The notes beneath the pieces were generated by a model. That model was given only the letters and a program-made list of their open reading frames with translations, was not told the DNA's origin and did not search any database. A stretch of 64,000 nt of DNA from a virus: positions 22,601 through 86,600 of the IMG/VR virus record IMGVR_UViG_3300030109_003951. One strand, written 5' to 3'. Below are positions 60,410 to 64,000 of the stretch, one piece after another (the stretch's first letter is position 1; each line of letters opens with the position of its first letter). Position numbers and translations under genes: made by a program.

Positions 60410-61402
60410 TTAGCATACTTCTAAGCATCTTGCTACTGCTCTTTCTCTTTTCCTTCTACCATCATTAAAAATTGCATTTTCTCTACCTTCGGGCTTCAAT
60501 TCACCAGTTGTTGAGTTCAATGTTCTTTGGTGGTCAATGAAGTAAGTATAAGCATTGTAAACAGCCCAAACAGTTCCCCTCATATTATCAACATTGTTAG
60601 ATTCATGGTCTAAATTTTCAATAATTTTGTTTCTCATGTTTTCATGTTTTCCCGAATATTTTAGAACTTTTTCACCATCATCATTATTGTACATTCCCAT
60701 TTTTGAACCAATTAAATAATCAATTAAATCAATTGATTTTTCTCTATCAATTGTAGTATCTAACATTTGATTGTATGATACTTCATAACTTTGGATAGAT
60801 TTTCTAACAGTTTCTAAAACACCATCAACAGTTGAAAATAATTTGTTATTAATTCCACTTGTATGACTTAGTTTAATTTGTGCTTCTCTTGAAAACATTG
60901 GCATTTGATTTTGGCAAAACATTCTGATACTTGTAAAAGTAATTTTTAAACTACCGCTACCATCATGAGAGTTTTGAAAAACCATGTAAACTTGAGCAGG
61001 GTCTTCTTGACCTACCATTACACTATATTCTTGGGGTAATACTGCTACACAAAACATTGAAGCCCCGTTTTTTCTGCTTCCAATTCTTTCAATAGTTGCA
61101 CCAGCATGACCACAGATTTCAATAATTGTGTTTGCTACTGTTTGATTTTGAACAATCCCATAACCTTTTGATAATCCATTACCTAAAACTTGGTCATTAT
61201 CAGTTCTAACAGTATACATATTACCTGCTATTCCATTCATTAGTTTACCATCTTCGGTTTTACATTGTCTTAATTCAACAGTAAAATTTAACCCTGCTTT
61301 ATCAAGTGCTTCATCGGGTGTCATAACACCTCTTGCTTCATTCCCTACATTTAGGAGGTTAGCCCCTCCTCTAGCGTTGTCCGTCAATACTATACCTGAC
61401 AT
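60410..61402 (-). CDS. DUF932/DUF945-family protein
   Basis: AGLNFTV, VRTD, Y.IVQN, NSHDGSGS, IRMFCQN, GTVWAVYNAYTYFIDH. Confidence 0.85.
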   Translation of the reverse strand: MSGIVLTDNARGGANLLNVGNEARGVMTPDEALDKAGLNFTVELRQCKTEDGKLMNGIAGNMYTVRTDNDQVLGNGLSKGYGIVQNQTVANTIIEICGHAGATIERIGSRKNGASMFCVAVLPQEYSVMVGQEDPAQVYMVFQNSHDGSGSLKITFTSIRMFCQNQMPMFSREAQIKLSHTSGINNKLFSTVDGVLETVRKSIQSYEVSYNQMLDTTIDREKSIDLIDYLIGSKMGMYNNDDGEKVLKYSGKHENMRNKIIENLDHESNNVDNMRGTVWAVYNAYTYFIDHQRTLNSTTGELKPEGRENAIFNDGRRKRERAVARCLEVC

Positions 61403-61419
61403 GAGGTGTCCTCATCTTT

Positions 61420-61511
61420 ATAGTATATATACTTATCATTATTCCACACTATATATTTGAGCGGGGTGACAAAGGCCACACCATATGGTAGCATCTTTGT
61501 GACCCCAAAAA
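61420..61511 (-). promoter_or_regulatory. palindrome + GGAATAATGA + TATA cassette
   Basis: TCATTATTCC 61436-45; GGGGTGACAAAG..ACCATATGGT..CTTTGTGACCCC 61463-61506. Confidence 0.8.
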
Positions 61512-61708
61512 GAAATGAGGCATAGGGGCTATGACGAAAAAAACTTCACATAAGAAATAAATGGCATCCCTGCCAACCCCTATCACCTCACTTCAAAGAA
61601 TCTATGCTGTCACCTCAACCTTATACCTTTTACAATCTTTATTGACACATACAGGCATCATAGTCCATAGGTATAACATATGTTCTCCACAATCTGAACA
61701 TGGATTAC

Positions 61709-61924
61709 TCATGGTATCTCCTCATCTTTCTCATAAGTGGTTTGTTCTTCAAAATACTTTTCTTTAAGATAAGTCTCTATTCTCAAACGCTCCGATACTA
61801 TATTTCCAAGATAACCTATCATTTGACATAATTCTTTATCTGGCAATTCATGTATCAATTTCAAGATTTCTATTTGTTCTTTGGAGTATGTCATGCTGTC
61901 ACCCCACCACATTTCTCTTTCCAT
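61709..61924 (-). CDS. hypothetical early protein
   Basis: ORF; likely start 61894 after GGGGTGA. Confidence 0.5.
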   Translation of the reverse strand: MEREMWWGDSMTYSKEQIEILKLIHELPDKELCQMIGYLGNIVSERLRIETYLKEKYFEEQTTYEKDEEIP

Positions 61925-62178
61925 ACTTTATATCCTAACTCTGTCATGTGTGCTGTGAAAGCCCCATCATAAGGAATACTTCCCATTACATCACCTGTCC
62001 CATCACCACTGTAGTAGCAAATGATTAATCCTTTATCCCTTAGACTTTCAATCACTCTAGCCTCATGGGGTTTGCCCCAACCCTTACTTGTTTCAATATA
62101 GGAATATCCATGTCCGTATTCATGAATCTGTCTTCCTACCCAATCTAAACTAAATATTTGTTGTTTACCTAATCTCAT
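61891..62178 (-). CDS. hypothetical early protein
   Basis: ORF with RBS. Confidence 0.55.
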   Translation of the reverse strand: MRLGKQQIFSLDWVGRQIHEYGHGYSYIETSKGWGKPHEARVIESLRDKGLIICYYSGDGTGDVMGSIPYDGAFTAHMTELGYKVWKEKCGGVTA

Positions 62179-62578
62179 TCTTCCTCATCCCCCTTTTTAC
62201 AACATGGCAATAATTTATATTTACATAATGCACTATAACATCCGAATTTCAACCTTTCTTTCATTGTTCTTCATCCTCCCATACAATACAGTCCTCGTAT
62301 TCCCCAACAAGTAACTTCATGTTGAGTTGTATCTCACCCTTCACACCGTCATCACGGACAACTATGAAGTAGAACTCATCTCCTATCCATTGCTCCACTT
62401 TTTCAACATCATAATTCATTCTTCATCATCCTCCACAATCTCTTCAACTTCTATATCATAAACATGGAGTAAATCCATCTGTTCATATTTCCACCCAATT
62501 GCTTCTGCTTCTGCTTCATTTGCCGCCTCAACAACTTTATGAAAATGAACAACAGTAATCACATCATATTCTGGCATA

Positions 62579-62803
62579 TCACTCAACCTCCTCTACTTCA
62601 GTAACATAACATTCATTTATCATTGCCCATATACAATTAATATCTTCACAAAAGTAATGGTCATATGCATCATGATATAATACTGGATGTTTTAAATCCA
62701 AGATATTGCAACCACAAAATGTACAATTCAAATCTTCTCTGACTTCTTCTTCAGTTGATATACCCCCACCAGTAGTTGAGGACACCTCATATCTTTTACT
62801 CAT
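62579..62803 (-). CDS. Cys-rich early protein
   Basis: CTFC...FC...C. Confidence 0.55.
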   Translation of the reverse strand: MSKRYEVSSTTGGGISTEEEVREDLNCTFCGCNILDLKHPVLYHDAYDHYFCEDINCIWAMINECYVTEVEEVE

Positions 62804-63150
62804 TCTTCACCATCTCCGTTTTTTAGTTTGTTTCTGTTCATTGCCCATAATTCTTCTTGCATTTTATTTAATTCTTGCCGATTATTTTCTATGGAATCTT
62901 CACGAAATGCACACCAAGCCTTATCATCAACCCACTTACTATAATCAGTAGGTGTAGGTGTACCTAACCATTTTCTGAACATTGCATACCAACATAACAG
63001 CCTTTCTTTTTCATTTCTTTGTTTTAATAATTCTTTGTCTAGTATATACAAAGGGTTAACCCCAAGTATTGTTTCCCAAGTATCATCACTTGTAACTTTA
63101 GCACTTTCTTGCATTGCATTTACTATTTCCCAATTAGTAAATCTTCTCAT
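62800..63150 (-). CDS. hypothetical early protein
   Basis: Coupled ORF with GAGGTGA RBS. Confidence 0.55.
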   Translation of the reverse strand: MRRFTNWEIVNAMQESAKVTSDDTWETILGVNPLYILDKELLKQRNEKERLLCWYAMFRKWLGTPTPTDYSKWVDDKAWCAFREDSIENNRQELNKMQEELWAMNRNKLKNGDGEE

Positions 63151-63479
63151 TCAATCACCTCAGTTATTTCATTTACAGCCCTGTACAACATGTCAAGGAA
63201 ATCACTTTCACCATCACTTAAATCCCAAACTCCACCATGAACACTTGCTTGAAATTGTTGGCGTTCATCTTTGTCCTTAATTCTTCTTATCTCCACCATA
63301 AGTTTCCTAGCCCCTTCTGATAAAAATGATTTCACAAAGGATTCATTTTCAGAGATGTGGTTTAATGGGTCTACCATTTTATCCACAACACTTTGATGTT
63401 TGTCTGTATTGTCTTTCATTACTTTTAACATAGATTTTACTACTATGTCTATTTCTTCTGCCATAACTTGTTTCGTCAT
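63147..63479 (-). CDS. hypothetical early protein
   Basis: Start re-assigned to ATG 63479, 34 nt from the promoter motif. Confidence 0.6.
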   Translation of the reverse strand: MTKQVMAEEIDIVVKSMLKVMKDNTDKHQSVVDKMVDPLNHISENESFVKSFLSEGARKLMVEIRRIKDKDERQQFQASVHGGVWDLSDGESDFLDMLYRAVNEITEVIE

Positions 63480-63499
63480 GTACATCCCATTATTCCCTA

Positions 63500-63580
63500 C
63501 CTTATAATACCTTTCATTGTTCACCACTATAGGGTTGACAAAGTCACAACCATATGGGCCTTTGCTTCCAAATTTTTTTT
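63500..63580 (-). promoter_or_regulatory. palindrome + promoter cassette (variant)
   Basis: TCATTGTTCA 63514-23; GGGT..CAAAG..ACCATATGG..CTTTG 63532-64. Confidence 0.7.
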
Positions 63581-63683
63581 TAAAACCCTTTTTACATCAA
63601 ACTTTTTTTTAAACATTTTTTGTTATTTTTTTTAAAAAACAATTGTTGCGAGTCGATTCTTGATGCCTATGCCCGACCCCATT

Positions 63684-63741
63684 CTTTTGTGGGGATTTTT
63701 ATCAAAAGATTCTCATCATGCTGGCTTTTGTGGGGATTTTT
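63684..63741. repeat. 17-bp direct repeat CTTTTGTGGGGATTTTT
   Basis: Copies at 63684 and 63725 in a non-coding region. Confidence 0.6.
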
Positions 63742-64000
63742 TTCAAAAGGAATAATGACATGTGATAACCTCAGCACAAACTTGACATGGCCCCACAGGA
63801 AGTTGACAACCCCCCACGCCAAAAATTCCGACAAGAGATTTTATGCTAAGATGTTATGTTGAAAATTTGTTGATTAATTCTTATGTCGCTGGAAATAGAA
63901 TAAAAGGTCTTAAAAAAATTTTGCAAGCGACAAAAAAATTTGACCCCATTTTTTGAAAAGCGATGGATAACATATTGTCCGCCCCAAACTATAAGACCAA

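Noticed and set aside
54797-63564. ACCATATGG palindromes as a CRISPR array
   Set aside because: Copies are degenerate and 0.9-2 kb apart with genes between them; no cas operon
135-63862. Many short antisense or nested ORFs in the six-frame track
   Set aside because: They shadow well-supported genes on the opposite strand or frame and lack motifs or an RBS
1-64000. tRNA/rRNA genes, integrase, reverse transcriptase/DGR, capsid or terminase genes
   Set aside because: None recognised by eye; head genes probably lie outside the window; tRNAscan-SE would be needed to exclude tRNAs formally

Overview
This is a fragment of a large, AT-rich, head-tailed archaeal dsDNA virus. It best fits a Magrovirus-like virus of Marine Group II/Poseidoniales; that assignment is inferred from gene content and GGTGA/GGAGG-type RBSs, not from a database search. 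(1) 1-24.5 kb, + strand: late morphogenesis module with neck, tail tube, a frameshifted tail chaperone, tape measure, a 2629-aa tail-tip protein and fibres. It is preceded by an operon pairing membrane proteins with an Arf/Sar-like small GTPase. (2) 24.9-41 kb, - strand: archaeal-type replisome (DEDD exonuclease, AAA+ helicase-like protein, ERCC4, PriS-PriL fusion, Cas4-like nuclease, split PolB, PCNA, RecA-like ATPase, RPA, RFC small and large, ATP-dependent ligase). (3) 41-48 kb: PC4, GroEL/GroES, and a cluster of JAB, ThiF/E1, TFB, an unknown gene and a ubiquitin-like gene ending GG-Y. (4) 48-64 kb: small accessory genes, an HNH nuclease, an inverted island carrying HMG-CoA lyase, an iteron-rich origin candidate, and an early region punctuated by 7 copies of a palindrome-promoter cassette. 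A covarying structured element recurs in three intergenic regions. Most interesting: the Ubl-E1-JAB system, the GTPase membrane module, the palindromic cassettes and the structured motif. No tRNA, rRNA or CRISPR array was recognised by eye.
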